DNA of 64,000 nt from Podarcis muralis (taxonomy: Eukaryota), in assembly GCF_964188315.1 (NCBI RefSeq), contig NC_135659.1:77438001-77502000 (forward strand), read 5' to 3'. The position numbers and the translations under genes are program-made. Shown here in pieces: positions 26,886 through 38,315 of this stretch (positions are counted from its first letter, which is position 1; each line of letters starts with the position of its first letter). Below the pieces are notes generated by a model. The model made no database searches and was not told where the DNA came from. It saw nothing but the letters and a program-made list of their open reading frames with translations.

Positions 26886-27996
26886 ATTGCTGTTGCTTTC
26901 CACTGCCTACTATGAGGGGAGCCCACCAGACAGCAGTTTGCTAGAGCCACCCACAACCTGGATCTAGGCCTTCATTAAGATGACAAGGACCAGAGAACAT
27001 TGTTGGCCGTTCCCTCTGTCGCAGTGCAGTGAGTCCTTGCATATACTGTTGTCACAGCTGGCAAAACACTGGCTGGGATGGGCTTTGAATCAAATCACCA
27101 GCTATTTAAGCCCTTCCTTTTGGTGTGTATATTTCTATGTAACCTTGCTCAATTCAGTGAACAATTCTAGTAAGCATGGAAAGTTAGCAATAGGAGAGGC
27201 TCACCTCTTCGCGTCAGGAACATTTTCAACCTCAAATTAAACGGCTCATGTTACCGGCTCACAGAACTTGTTGTTTTAAGCCTCCACTTGGTAATTCTCC
27301 AGTGCCGAAGAGCTGACAAATACTATGTAGTGGAGCAAAATATTCCAGCAGCTGTTTCATTTATGATTTAGATCTGATTCAGATATATCTCCAGAATTTA
27401 CAAACGCATTTGTTTTTGGACTGCACATTTTCCTATCTGAATCTCTTTTGTCATTTAAGGATGAGCAAATCTTTCTCTTTCTTTTTCACTTGTTGTCCAA
27501 GTACTGGACAACAAATCCACCATTTGCTTGGTTCCACTGCAGTCCTTGTGAGCAAAGTTAGTCATAAATAACTTAAATCTCATTGTTTTCAACTTGTGCC
27601 ATGGAGCTTCCTCTCTCCCCAAATGCCTCCCTAAATCTGTTCTGGATCCCCCCCCCCAACCTTTCAGAGCAGATCTGGGGAGGGAGTGCAGGGTGCACAT
27701 ATTTACTTGTTTACATAGAACAAGATGAATTTAATAAATGGCAATTCAACATGAATAGTTTATATGTTTACTTCTCTGAGAAACGGAAGTGTATTCAGGA
27801 CCATTAACATTTTTTAAATGATAATTTCTAAAAGTTCTGAAAGTTTGTTTTTCACTAAAACAATTTCAGAAATACAATACTGATTAAATTTAAAAACAAG
27901 TACGTTGAAGTTGGTCTTCACTTTTAAAAGAAAAAAAGAAAAAAGGGGGGAGGTGGAATTAGCAGCAGCATTTAGCCTCAAAGTCCATCATGGGCT

Positions 27997-28075
27997 GAAG
28001 GCTCCAATCCTGTACATGTTTATTCAGGAGTAAGCCCCATTAAACTCAGTAGGACTTAATTCTGAGTAATACTAA
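27997..28075. mobile_element. Short palindromic MITE-like repeat
   Basis: CAATCCTGTACATGTTTATTCAGGAGTAAGCCCCAT...GGACTTAATTCTGAGTAA, imperfect hairpin. Confidence 0.5.
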
Positions 28076-29161
28076 GTGAGTGAACACACCATATCAGATT
28101 AACTTGATTATTAGTAAGGGGGCAGTTAATTACAAATAGAAGAAATAAATTCACCCATGCTGTCAAGTTATTATCTTGTCTTCTGGATATATAAGAATAT
28201 GTACTTATTGTTTGCTTTTCTGAAATGTATGATGGTGCATTATCGTATCCCAAAATCTAACCCATTAGCCTTCAGCATATATGTCCCCACACCTCCTTGC
28301 AACATGAATCTTTGTGAAATAAGATTTATTAGATAACTTGCAATCCTGCATTTATGCTGCCTTGTCCTTCTTACAATAGATTCCTGCACTCCGTGACCTG
28401 CCTCCATTGGTCTTCTGTCTGAACTTGTGTGTGCGGCAGGAGTGGCTGACATTCGTAATAATAATGTGGCACAGCAGTACAAGATATCAATCTTCTGGAG
28501 GTAATTAAATTATCCAGATTTATGCAGGCAGTCACCACATACTTTGGATTCTCAACCATGCGGCCAAGACCTTGGGGTGGATTCATAGCTGCCATGGACC
28601 GAGCAACTGAAAGTGGCTCTCCCAGGCTGAAGAAAGCGCAGCAGACGCCTTTGCTCTGTGAGTCAAAAGGATGTCGAACTCTGTCTAGCTGATGCTATGG
28701 AGATTAGATGACACAGCATGCTATAGAGGAAATATGTCTTCTTGCAGGGCCTCAAGGATCTGCTGAACATAGGACACACCCCCAACAAGAGTTGCTTTCC
28801 AAAGTGTGCTCTTCATAATTTCTTCCTGGATTTTGAACCTCTAAATTATCTGGTCTTGTTTCTAAAGTGGAGTGGCTTTGCTAGGAGTTCTACTGCTCTA
28901 TTTTGTTTTTATTTCTCATTTTTTATATAGTGAGATGTGCACGCACAGTTCGCTGAAGCTCAGTTCCTCTGCAATTCCCTCCCTGTGTTTCTGATGCAAG
29001 CGTGTGCAAGTTAACTTTATGTGGTTATACCTACAGGTGTATCAAGATCATTTCGGTGTGGTGTTTTACCCTTGTACGGAGGTGCATTGGTAAAGTACCA
29101 CAGAAAAGCTCGGGAGTGCATTTGTTAAACACCATACAACAAGAATATTGCTGCAACCTTA

Positions 29162-29751
29162 TGTCAGGGCTGGTTCAGCTGCAGGTCAGCACAGAGACTC
29201 AGAGACGAGCAGTAAAGTTGATTCTTTACTCAAGGAAACAGAATACAAACAGAGATTCTATGCCCAAAACTGGTTCCAAGGAAAGGAGTTGCCAGAACTG
29301 ACCATCTGACACCCCTACTTCTCCCTAAGTCTCTTTCCAGTCTGGCTGTTTTCCCTGCAGTCTTAAACTCTGTTGGAAGGGGGGTGTCTGTGCTGTCTGT
29401 ACTCTTTGTTGTGCTACATGCAAAACTTTGGCTCTTAGCCCCTGGAAATGGGGGCGGCGGGGTGGGGAGGCTAGAGCTGAATACAGTAGGATCAATAGGC
29501 TCCTGTGAATCTGTTAGGGCCTCAGCCTCCAACTCCTTCTCAGTTGCCTCTTCTTCCTCTCTCACTCTCTCACTCAAGCCTTTTGCTTGCTCAGCACCTG
29601 ACCATTCTGCCCCCTCTTTTGACCTGTCTTCCCTGTCACATCACCGCTTCCCTAGCTCTGAGCCTTTCCGTTTTGAGGCTTTCCTTGGGGGGGGGGGGTT
29701 TCTCTGGCTGGGGCCTCCCACTACACCTCCTCATCCAGCCAGTCCCTGACA
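29162..29751 (-). mobile_element. Solo LTR (590 bp), Gypsy-like or other LTR superfamily
   Basis: Terminal inverted ends TGTCAGGG...CCCTGACA; 5-bp flanks CCTTA/CCATA; AGTAAA polyadenylation-like signal near the minus-strand 3' end; no gag or pol adjacent. Confidence 0.75.
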
Positions 29752-30034
29752 CCATACATATCTCAATGCACATGCATGCATCAAACCTCCATTCATCAGT
29801 AACATAAACAGGTAAATGCAGAAGAATGGGAAGCTGCAGCAAATTAGGCATGTTCCAATTCTAGAATTAAATCTTATAGATTCACAACCTGAATTCCAGA
29901 TGAATGCAAATCAGTGAGAATCCAAGGAACAATATAATAATGTGTCTGCTTCCACCAACCTAATGCTTCCCCTGACTTTACCACTGCCCTGCCACATCCC
30001 CGGTGCTGGACAACATTGTAGTAATAATTATCCT

Positions 30035-30340
30035 AGGCCCCACTTGCACCGAACGTTTAGAGCACTATGATACCACCTTAAACAGTCATGACCCCCTAAA
30101 GAATCCTGAGACTTGCAGTTTTTTAAGGGTGTTGAGAGTATTAAGAGGCTATTCCTCTTACAGAACTACAGTTTCTGGAGTCCCCTGCTCAGAGGGCTTG
30201 ACTGTTAAACATACTCTGTAAATGTAACTCTGTGAAGTGAATAACAACTCTCAGCACCTTTGAGAAACTACAGGTCTCATGATACCCATGACTGTTTAAA
30301 GTGGTATGATACTGCTTTAAATGTATAGAGTGAATGGCTT
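30035..30340. mobile_element. Foldback non-autonomous DNA transposon with ~50-bp imperfect TIRs
   Basis: TTTAGAGCACTATGATACCACCTTAAACAGTCATG at left pairs with CATGACTGTTTAAAGTGGTATGATACTGCTTTAAA at right. Confidence 0.7.
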
Positions 30341-30768
30341 CCCAGTCTTGGTGAGTGGCAGTGCCACCACAGTCAGAAAGGTGGCATAGCAGCAGTGATC
30401 CACCTCATGTACTGTGCCTGATCAGCCGTCTTCAGGTATTTCTGTCCCTGGTAGAACAACATGGTAGTCAGGAGTGGAGTCTCATAAAGTAGCCTTAGAA
30501 ATTGGCATTGCACACACCAACTAGCCCACCCCACCCCCAGTATCCACACATGCCATGCAAAGTTTTGTGATGGCGATTCCAGGTACATGTGAAGGCTCCT
30601 GTATACAGACATTTCCACTGGAGACCAGTGGCAGGGCCATTTTACATAACTGATGTCAGGGGTGGGGCTACTCTGTCTAACCCCTCTCCTGCACTATTCT
30701 GCATGGGAGCTGGTATGTCAGAAGAGGGCTGTGTTTTCAGCCCATTCATTTTGCAATGTGTTATAAGA

Positions 30769-30905
30769 AGGGCTTTTTTCCAGCTTGAACTCACCGGAAC
30801 TCAGTTCCGGCACCTCCCAAGTGGACTCCATTACCATTGAAAGAGAATGAAGGAGGCATTCATAGTGAGTTCCAGCACCTCTTTTTCCTTAGAAAAATAG
30901 CACTT
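30769..30905 (+). mobile_element. Short (~140 bp) MITE, probably hAT
   Basis: AGGGCTTTTTTCCAG...GGAACTCAGTTCCGGCACCTC...AGAAAAATAGCACT. Confidence 0.65.
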
Positions 30906-31107
30906 CTTATAAGGCAGCCGTTCAGACTACTCACCTGTGAAGAAATGAAAGAGTCAATACTAGACCTGTTCTATATTGCAATTAGTGATGGGCTGATTCT
31001 TTGAAGATTGCATCAAATTTGCCTAGAAACTTCCTGAGGCCTACTTTGAAATAGGAAGAATGTTGAGAATTTGGTCAAGTCAAGACCTTGAAAAAACTAT
31101 CCCCCTT

Positions 31108-31230
31108 CAGTGCTATTTTTGTAGAAAAAGAGGTGCCAGAACCCACCACGAACACCTCCCTTGTTCTCTTAGAATGGCAATGGCCCCCACTTGAGAGGTG
31201 CCAGAACTGAGTTCTGGTGAGTTTCAGCTG
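31108..31230 (-). mobile_element. Second copy of the same short MITE, inverted
   Basis: CAGTGCTATTTTTGTAGAAAAAGAGGTGCCAGAAC...GAGGTGCCAGAACTGAGTTCTGGTGAGTT is the reverse complement of the 30769 copy. Confidence 0.65.
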
Positions 31231-32568
31231 CCCCGCTTCCCCTTAGCAAGGCAAGCCCTCCTTTCTACAGAAAAGTGGGGAGAGAGTGAAGAGGCTCGGA
31301 TTCTGAAGTGATGGTAGGGTGCCCACCCAGGCCTTCTAGGGACTCTCTGAGACTGGGCTCCCAAGCCGCATCCTTGGAATTTGACCCTATAGACCTAATG
31401 GTGGAGACAGGTGGGGAGACATCCTATTTGGTTCAACAGTTCACACCTATTTGGTTCAACAGCCAATTTGGTTCAGCAGCCAAGCCTGCATAATTTGGGG
31501 GCTTCTTGAAGCTTGCTTCATTTTGAGGTTGGCTCTTTCAAGTTCATTACTAAGTTTGGTTTCTGCAAACTTTGTAGATACCCCTAGTTACCATTATTTA
31601 TGTTTTATTTTGTTCGTGCCTGTATCCCTGCCCTACTCTTTTATGTGTTTTTCCCCAATGCACACAAACTTCCTCTTCTTTGTGTTATGTTCTATTCTTT
31701 AGTGTGTGCATATATATGGAAAAAAATATGTTTCTCAACCAGCAGAGACAGCTGTTCTTGCCATTACAGATATCAACAACATACTGGCTGGTGTGTGTGT
31801 GTAAAAAAGCACGTCTGTTGCATTTCAAAATAGTATATGTGCTGCCGAAGCGAGCACTGTTGCATTTCAAAATAGCCAGGGTTGAACCAGGTCACAAACA
31901 TATCTCTTCTCATACCACTGTTATCAAAAAAATGTGCACAAAATCACTTTTACAATTCAGTCCTATGCATATTTACTCAGAGGTATTTCCTTGTCTGTCC
32001 ATCCACTCCATATCAGCAGTGCTTATTTAAGATCTTAAAATTTATTAAAATGAGTAAGAAGTTTAGCTGGTTGAAGAACAGAGGGTAGTGGCAAAACAAA
32101 GAATACTGCAGGGTATTCTGATCTCAAGAATTTTCTGCAAGTCTTCAGCAGCTGACTCACCACTTTGACGTTCAATATGTTCTCACATGTTGCTATCTCC
32201 CTTGCTTCATATTCTGCAGAGGTTTTCCTGTCGATGGCAGTTGCTGACATATGCCAAGCACTTTCTACAAAAAGATGACCATATGTCATATGTAGTTCAT
32301 TCACTCTGACTCAGTTTCTCCCCGGGGTGAAAGAATGTGTTGCCACATAATATTTTGTCTGGGAAGAGCTTTTAAATTAAGGCCAATGCCTCAAGCTGTA
32401 GAAGTCCGTATTAACCAAAGACAACGTCCAAAGGAAGCAGCTAGGCAGCTAGAATAATAATAGTAAGGAAAATAAAATTGAGACCATCTCACTATAATAG
32501 CCCATAGTAGCATTATTATGACACTAGTATTAGTTGCAATGTATTTTGCAGAAATGGTGTGATAAGTA

Positions 32569-32907
32569 CAGTGGTGACTCGCAAGACGAAATTAATCCAT
32601 TCCGCGAGTCTCTTCGTCTTGCGGTTTTTTCGTCTTGCGAAGCACGGCTATTAGCGGCTTAGCGGCTTAGTGGCTATTAGCGGCTTAGCGGCTATTAACG
32701 GCTTAGCGGCTTAGCAGCTTAGCGGCTATTAACGGCTTAGTGGCTTTAAGAAAAAGGAAACAAACTCGCAAGAACTCGCAAGACATTTCGTCTTGCGAAG
32801 CAAGCCCATAGGGAAATTCGTCTTGCGGAATGACTCAAAAAACGGAAAACCCTTTCGTCTAGCGAGTTTTTCGTCTTGCGAGGCATTCGTCTTGCGGGGC
32901 ACCACTG
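32569..32907. mobile_element. Tigger-like MITE, subfamily b, with internal minisatellite
   Basis: CAGTGGTG...CACCACTG ends with TA flanks; about 8 TTCGTCTTGCG motifs; central GCGGCTTA/GCGGCTATTA array. Confidence 0.88.
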
Positions 32908-33436
32908 TATGCATTGTAGCCAAAGTAGCCAATTTTGCAGCAACGGTGTGATAGGTATGCATTGTATCCAAAGTAGCGCTAAGTGGCTTGTTCTGTCAGT
33001 GCAAAAATGTCTGCTTGCACAATAGACTCCCCCTTTTTCCTCCCTCTGAGTACACGCTAAATCCAAGGGCGTAGCATTGGTTGCTGGTGCCTGGGGGTGG
33101 TGGTGGTAAGTGTTGCGCCCCCCTGGTGGACTGGGCAGTGTCAATCCCTTTGCTGACCAGTGTCTAATTAAGGGAGTCTCTCCTTGCAACAAAAGAAAAC
33201 AAAGTTTTAACAGCAAAAAATGTTGTTGTTTTTTTTAAAGGAAGAAAATTGCAAAACCAAAGCTTAGCAAAAATACACTCAAGGTTAGAGGAGAACTGTA
33301 GCTGCTTGAGATAGTTCAAAAACTATGGACAAGCACAAGCCAAGGCCTGTGTCTGAGTGTCTGATACTGTAAAGGGATGTTTTAGCCAGAGAAAGAGAGT
33401 ATCCTGCTTTCTTTTTTCCTTTCTTACCCATATGTA

Positions 33437-33662
33437 CAGTGGTACCTCGGGTTACAGGCGCTTCAGGTTACAGACTGCACTAACGCAGAAATAGTACCTC
33501 GGGTTAAGAGCTTTGCTTCAGGATGAGAACAGAAATCGTGCTCCGGCAGCACGGCGGCAGCAGGAGGCCCCATTAGCTAAAGTGGTACCTCAGGTTAAGA
33601 ACTGTTTCAGGTTAAGAATGGACCTCCAGAACGAATTAAGTTCTTAACCTGAGGTACCACTG
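33437..33662. mobile_element. Tigger-like MITE, subfamily a
   Basis: TIRs CAGTGGTACCTCGGGTTA / TAACCTGAGGTACCACTG with TA TSD; colinear with the 10273 copy. Confidence 0.92.
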
Positions 33663-34346
33663 TATTCCCCTCACGCCTGAGCCCACAACACCCAAAAAGT
33701 AATACTCTATTGCCAGACGTTGTCCTAATTCTTCTGTGCGCCCGCTACAGTCAGTATGGAAAGTCTGCACTCAGCCACCAGCTGAGCTGTGCTTAACATG
33801 CAAGCTTGGTGAAAACTGGAGGAGCCTAGTGTTTGAGAGGTACTGATTTGGACAGCACAAGTTTAATGAGGCAGCAGGGACAGATGAATAACTTTCAGGG
33901 TAAATGGCACCGGTGTATGTGCACTGAGTTAGGCTTTACATTGGCGCAAGGGCCATTGGATTGTCTTGTTACTTACTGCGTAGTGCTCTTTGGCATTTAT
34001 TTCCCCTGAATAAGAGACAACCACCTCTGCTGCCATATCCTGATAGTTGTCGGAAAGGGCAGACATTCCTCATGAGCACACATTATCAGTCAGTGTTTCT
34101 CACTGAAAAAACAGCTCTGCCGATGTGCTCATGCTGTTTCCCACACAACTAACACCAGCATCACTGGTTCTCTCTGTCGGTCTTTCTCTCTTTCGGTTTC
34201 TCATCTCTAAAATCAGTGTATCAATGCCCACTTGTAAACAGTGCTGCTAGGCATTGCAAGTCTGAATTAAGCAAGGGTCCTAAAGCCATTGACGCATACA
34301 CACAAAAATGAATGTGGTAGCTCAGGGGTGAGTTGGGTTCACATAG

Positions 34347-34595
34347 CAGGGGTCAGAAAACTTTTGCAGCAGGGTGCTGGTCCACTGTCCCTCAGACCTT
34401 GTGGGGGGCCGGATTATATTTTTTGGGGGAAAATGAACGAATTCCTATGCCCCACAAATAACCCAGAGATGCATTTTAAATAAAGCACACATTCTATGCA
34501 TGTAAAAACATGCTGATTCCCGGACTGTCCGCGGGCCAGATTTAGAAGGCGATTGGGCCGGATCCGGCCCCTGGGCCTTAGTTTGCCTACCCATG
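34347..34595. mobile_element. hAT (Charlie-like) MITE, ~250 bp
   Basis: CAGGGGTCAG...CCTACCCATG ends; 8-bp flanks TCACATAG/ACATATAG; reverse complement of the 56646 copy. Confidence 0.88.
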
Positions 34596-34693
34596 ACATA
34601 TAGCCAAAACAGCACCATCCACATATACACAAGCAGGAAGCATCAGCAGACTTGGGGGAAACCCAAAGGTTTGCAGAAGTACAGATCTGTGCA

Positions 34694-34859
34694 GGAAGAG
34701 CTGTAGCGCAGTGGCAAAGCAACTGCTTTGCATGTAGAAGGTTCCATATACAACTCCTGGCATCTTTAAATAGGGCTAGGAATGTCTCTTGCCTGAAACC
34801 TTGCCGGTCAAAGTGGACAATATTGATAGACCGATAGCCTGACTCTTCTTACATTCCTA
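34694..34859 (+). mobile_element. tRNA-derived SINE (Squam3-like), diverged
   Basis: A-box-like CTGTAGCGCAGTGGCAAAGC, TGCTTTGCATGTAGAAGGTTC, then TAGGGCTAGG...GCCTGAAACC and a CR1-like tail. Confidence 0.7.
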
Positions 34860-35904
34860 AAAATAAATCCAGTCCAATGAGGGATGAGCATGCTCACTGG
34901 GCACAGCATTCTGGCCGGCTGGTGTGTGTGCGTGTCCAGGGGGACTGAGGGTAGTAGGATGGGATTGGGGAAACGAGCAGGGTGTGTGACGTAATGAACT
35001 GGATGGAAACCTACAAAAAAAAATCACTGCACAGTGCAAAATGGTTGTTATTAATAATATGAAAAACATCCAGATTATGAGGCTATGAAGCTTTGTCTCT
35101 TGTGTAGCCCCTGTTCCTGGCTTGGTTGCTGCTTTGCTCCACAGAACAGATAAATAGCTGAGGAAAGATAAAAAGCAAAAGACTTAAATTAGTGAGAATC
35201 TGGCCTGAGTGCCTGCATAATATTCTCCATAATAACTACTTCCTCATCAAAGCAGTAGCTGGCTGAGGCCTTGGAGGGTGTATTTTACTCGGGGCTGCAG
35301 TGTGTGTGAGGAGCACAAAGCTTGCCTCATCAGGTAATTGAGTGCTGTCCTGCCGCTGGGATGTGTCAAGTTACACAGAGAAAATGATGCTTTTTGTGTC
35401 CATAAAACAAGAGTTCAAGGGGGCCTTTTAACACAGGGATCATAGCCAGAAAATGTGGAAAGAAATGGTTTCTCGGTGTCAAAATATGCAAGAAAGGAAG
35501 GGGGTTTCTTTTCTTAGCCTCAAATAATGAAGCTTGGGATCAGAAGCAGGAGGTGAGTGTTGCATTTGCAAAAAAAACTAGACAAAGGGTAATTAACAGT
35601 GAGACATGACATAGGTGAAGTGGCTCTTTCTCTTTTTGTGGGAAAACAAGACCCGAGAAGGTGTTGAGATTCCCCTCCCATTTTCGCTTTGCTGGTCTCA
35701 TTCTGTCAGCTCACAACAATGCAGAAAAGCTTTCCTACCTCATCATCTCTTAGACCACACAACTAACACAACTAGAGTTCTCCAGGTGTGGTGCAGGCCT
35801 TCCCATGAAGAAGCTTCAAGCAAACTTTCTCAGAAAGCCGTGTCTCCATACCAGGGCTTGTGACAGGCTACAAGGTAGTGGAGGTTAGGATCAGATTTTC
35901 CCAT

Positions 35905-36247
35905 CTCTTAGATAGGCTACCTTCCCAGGTTGACAAGCCCCATTTGCCCCTCATTTCCCTTGACAGCACATGCAGAAACTTCCTTCTTGACCGTTGGACG
36001 TGTTATTGGTCTCATCTACTCAAACCGTCTGAGCCTGCCTTTACATGCAGAGGATATACAAGTCAGTAACTCACCCAGGGTAGACCCATTGTGAGCTAAA
36101 GCCTTACCTGGTTTAGCTGGCCAGCCAAAGCCGTTACCCAGGATGTGGCCACAGTTGCAGCCTCACAGCTTCTAGGAGCCACAGATGAGAGCTGAGTGCA
36201 GGGTTGTTGGACGAACTATCCCAGAAGGAGCACAACGTGTCCCCCAC
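35905..36247 (-). mobile_element. Probable RTE-related non-autonomous retroelement/SINE
   Basis: Matches my recollection of a recurrent lizard repeat (GGGGGACACGTTGTGCTCCTTCTGGG...CTTCCCAGGTTGAC); family not firmly assigned. Confidence 0.4.
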
Positions 36248-36278
36248 CAAAAATACTGCCCCTCCTCTAACACCCCAT

Positions 36279-36355
36279 TTGTTGTTTAGTCGTTTAGTTG
36301 TGTCCGACTCTTCGTGACCCCATGGACCAGAGCACGCCAGGCACTCCTGTCTTCC
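36279..36355 (-). mobile_element. Extremely truncated Bov-B 3' end (77 bp) with 11-bp TSD
   Basis: TTGTTGTTTAGTCGTTTAGTTGTGTCCGACTCTTCGTGACCCCATGG; TSD TAACACCCCAT/TAACCCCCCAT. Confidence 0.9.
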
Positions 36356-36600
36356 TAACCCCCCATACACCCCTTTTTTAAAAAGCTTCTGGTAAACTGG
36401 AAAGAGATTGACAGGACTCAGCTGAACAGGCAGGTATCAAATGTCCAATGAGTTCACTGGGGACATGAATGAGTTAAGAGGCCCAAGCCATTTTCTACCA
36501 CAATTTCACAAAGGACATGTACACAAACAATTTGCACAATTGCTGTGATTTAAAGGGTGCACCAAGCCCTTCACTTTTCTATATATTTGCATTTAATACC

Positions 36601-37150
36601 TTCTTTCTTCTTCTTCTTTGGCGATCACTTGTAGCTGAGTAAGATTGTCTTCCATAAACACGGTTTTAACAATGAGTCTGTAAGTGGCTGTGGAGGCCAG
36701 TTCTGGATCCACACATCCTTCCACATTGGGGACATTGGTTTCAGGGCGGGAGCTGATCATGGTGTGTATTTGCCAAGTGTGCCTTCCTCTTAGCACGTTT
36801 CTCCCTTGCGTTCTGAGTTCGAGTGTCTTCAAAGCCCATGACACCTTTGGTAAAGGCTGTTCTCCAATTGGAGCGCTCACAGCCAAGTGTTTACCAATTG
36901 TTGGTGTTTATACTACATTTTTTAAAGATTTGCCTTGAAACAGTCTTTAAACCTCTTTTGTTGACCACCGGCATTACCCTTTCCATTTTTAAGTTTGGAA
37001 TAGAATAGTTGCTTTGGAAGGTAAGAATCAGGCATCTGCACAACATGACCAGTCCAACGAAGTTGATGTTGAATAATCATTGCTTCAACACTGGTGATCT
37101 TTGCTTCTTCCAGTACACTGGTATTAGTTCACCTGTCTTCCCATCCTATG
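36601..37150 (-). mobile_element. RTE-clade LINE (non-Bov-B) 3' fragment, degenerate
   Basis: Minus frames TNTSVLEEAKITSVEAMIIQHQLRWTGHVVQMPD...PKQLFY...GGQQKRFKD and C-terminal zinc finger CPQCGRMCGSRTGLHSHLQTH; (GAA)n tail; internal stops. Confidence 0.88.
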
Positions 37151-37974
37151 TCAGCTCATGGGCCCAGTCAAAGCTTTCTTGTTCTTTGTTATTTTGTCAG
37201 ATTTATGGCATCTGGTAACTGGATGACTTCACTTCCTATCCTTTCCAATGGCTGCATGAATGACATTCATCCCCAAACACTCCAACCCTACCCCAACAAC
37301 AGGCTACATCCTAGCTAGCTGGATCTCAGTTGCCAAGAAATTTATTTTAATGCCAGTGGAGACTTCCACTATCAATGCCAGACTTTTTAGCTCTTAAGTC
37401 TTTCCAGCGACACACACTATCATAAATAGCTATCTAGAAATCCAAATCCATTATGTCTGCTGCATTACCCTGTCAGCTTTCATTGTCACCTCTCTTCCAC
37501 AATGTTAATCATATTTGTTAAGGATGACCTCCTCTTTTATAAAGTGGAGCCTTCTGACTGTTGTTAGATACACTACCTACTCACCAGCTATTTTACTGAC
37601 TCCATAAAATCTTTCTCATTATTAGATTCCCCCCCTCCCCTCCTGTTAGGCTCCTCCATAAATATGTCTGTCTGCCCAGTTCTAATGCGATGGGAAGTGG
37701 GATGACCCTTCCATTGAATGGATCTGTAACAATTTCCTCTGGCCCCTGGAGGCCCTACCAATACTCTGAATCCCATCCCCACAGAGAAGAGTAATCAATC
37801 AGAACCTAAAATGTGAACAAAGGGGAAAGGACTCTAAATATCAGAGTTGTTTCATGACCACTGATTTCTTCTCCGAGTCCTTTGCTGTTGGGATAGCATG
37901 TAGGGTTTCAGTCTGATCCTGCTTGGGAAGAATTCTTACTAAATTCTTTGGGATTATGCCCATGTTAGTATGCC

Positions 37975-38315
37975 CTTCCTTGTGTGCCTCCTCCATGAGA
38001 GGTCCGGAGGGTGGCAACATGATAATGAGCCTTTTCTGCAGTGGCTCCCCATTTGTGGAATGCTCTCCCCAGGGAGTCTTGCCTGGAGCCTTCATTACAT
38101 ATCATTAGGTGCCTGGCAAAAAGTTCTCTCTAACCAGGCCTTTGGCTGATTGACATTCCATGGCCTTTTAAATTTGATTGTGGTGGGGTTATTGGTTGTT
38201 CTTGTTTTATTATGTATTTTGTGTTCTCGTTTTGTATTTCCGTGTTGTGTTGTGAACTGTCCTGTGCTCTTCAGATGAAGGACAGCATACAAATTTAATA
38301 AATAATAAATTAATC
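37975..38315 (+). mobile_element. L2 LINE 3' end
   Basis: AFSAVAPHLWNALPRE resembles the L2 terminal motif; T-rich UTR and AATAAAT-type tail. Confidence 0.78.

Noticed and set aside
32640-32900. Regularly spaced TTCGTCTTGCG repeats as a CRISPR-like array
   Set aside because: Eukaryotic context, 11-bp units, irregular spacing, and enclosed by MITE TIRs with a TA TSD
33113-33130. CCACCAGGGGGGCGCA (minus) as a CTCF site
   Set aside because: One extra G breaks the core spacing, and it may lie in a short repeat remnant
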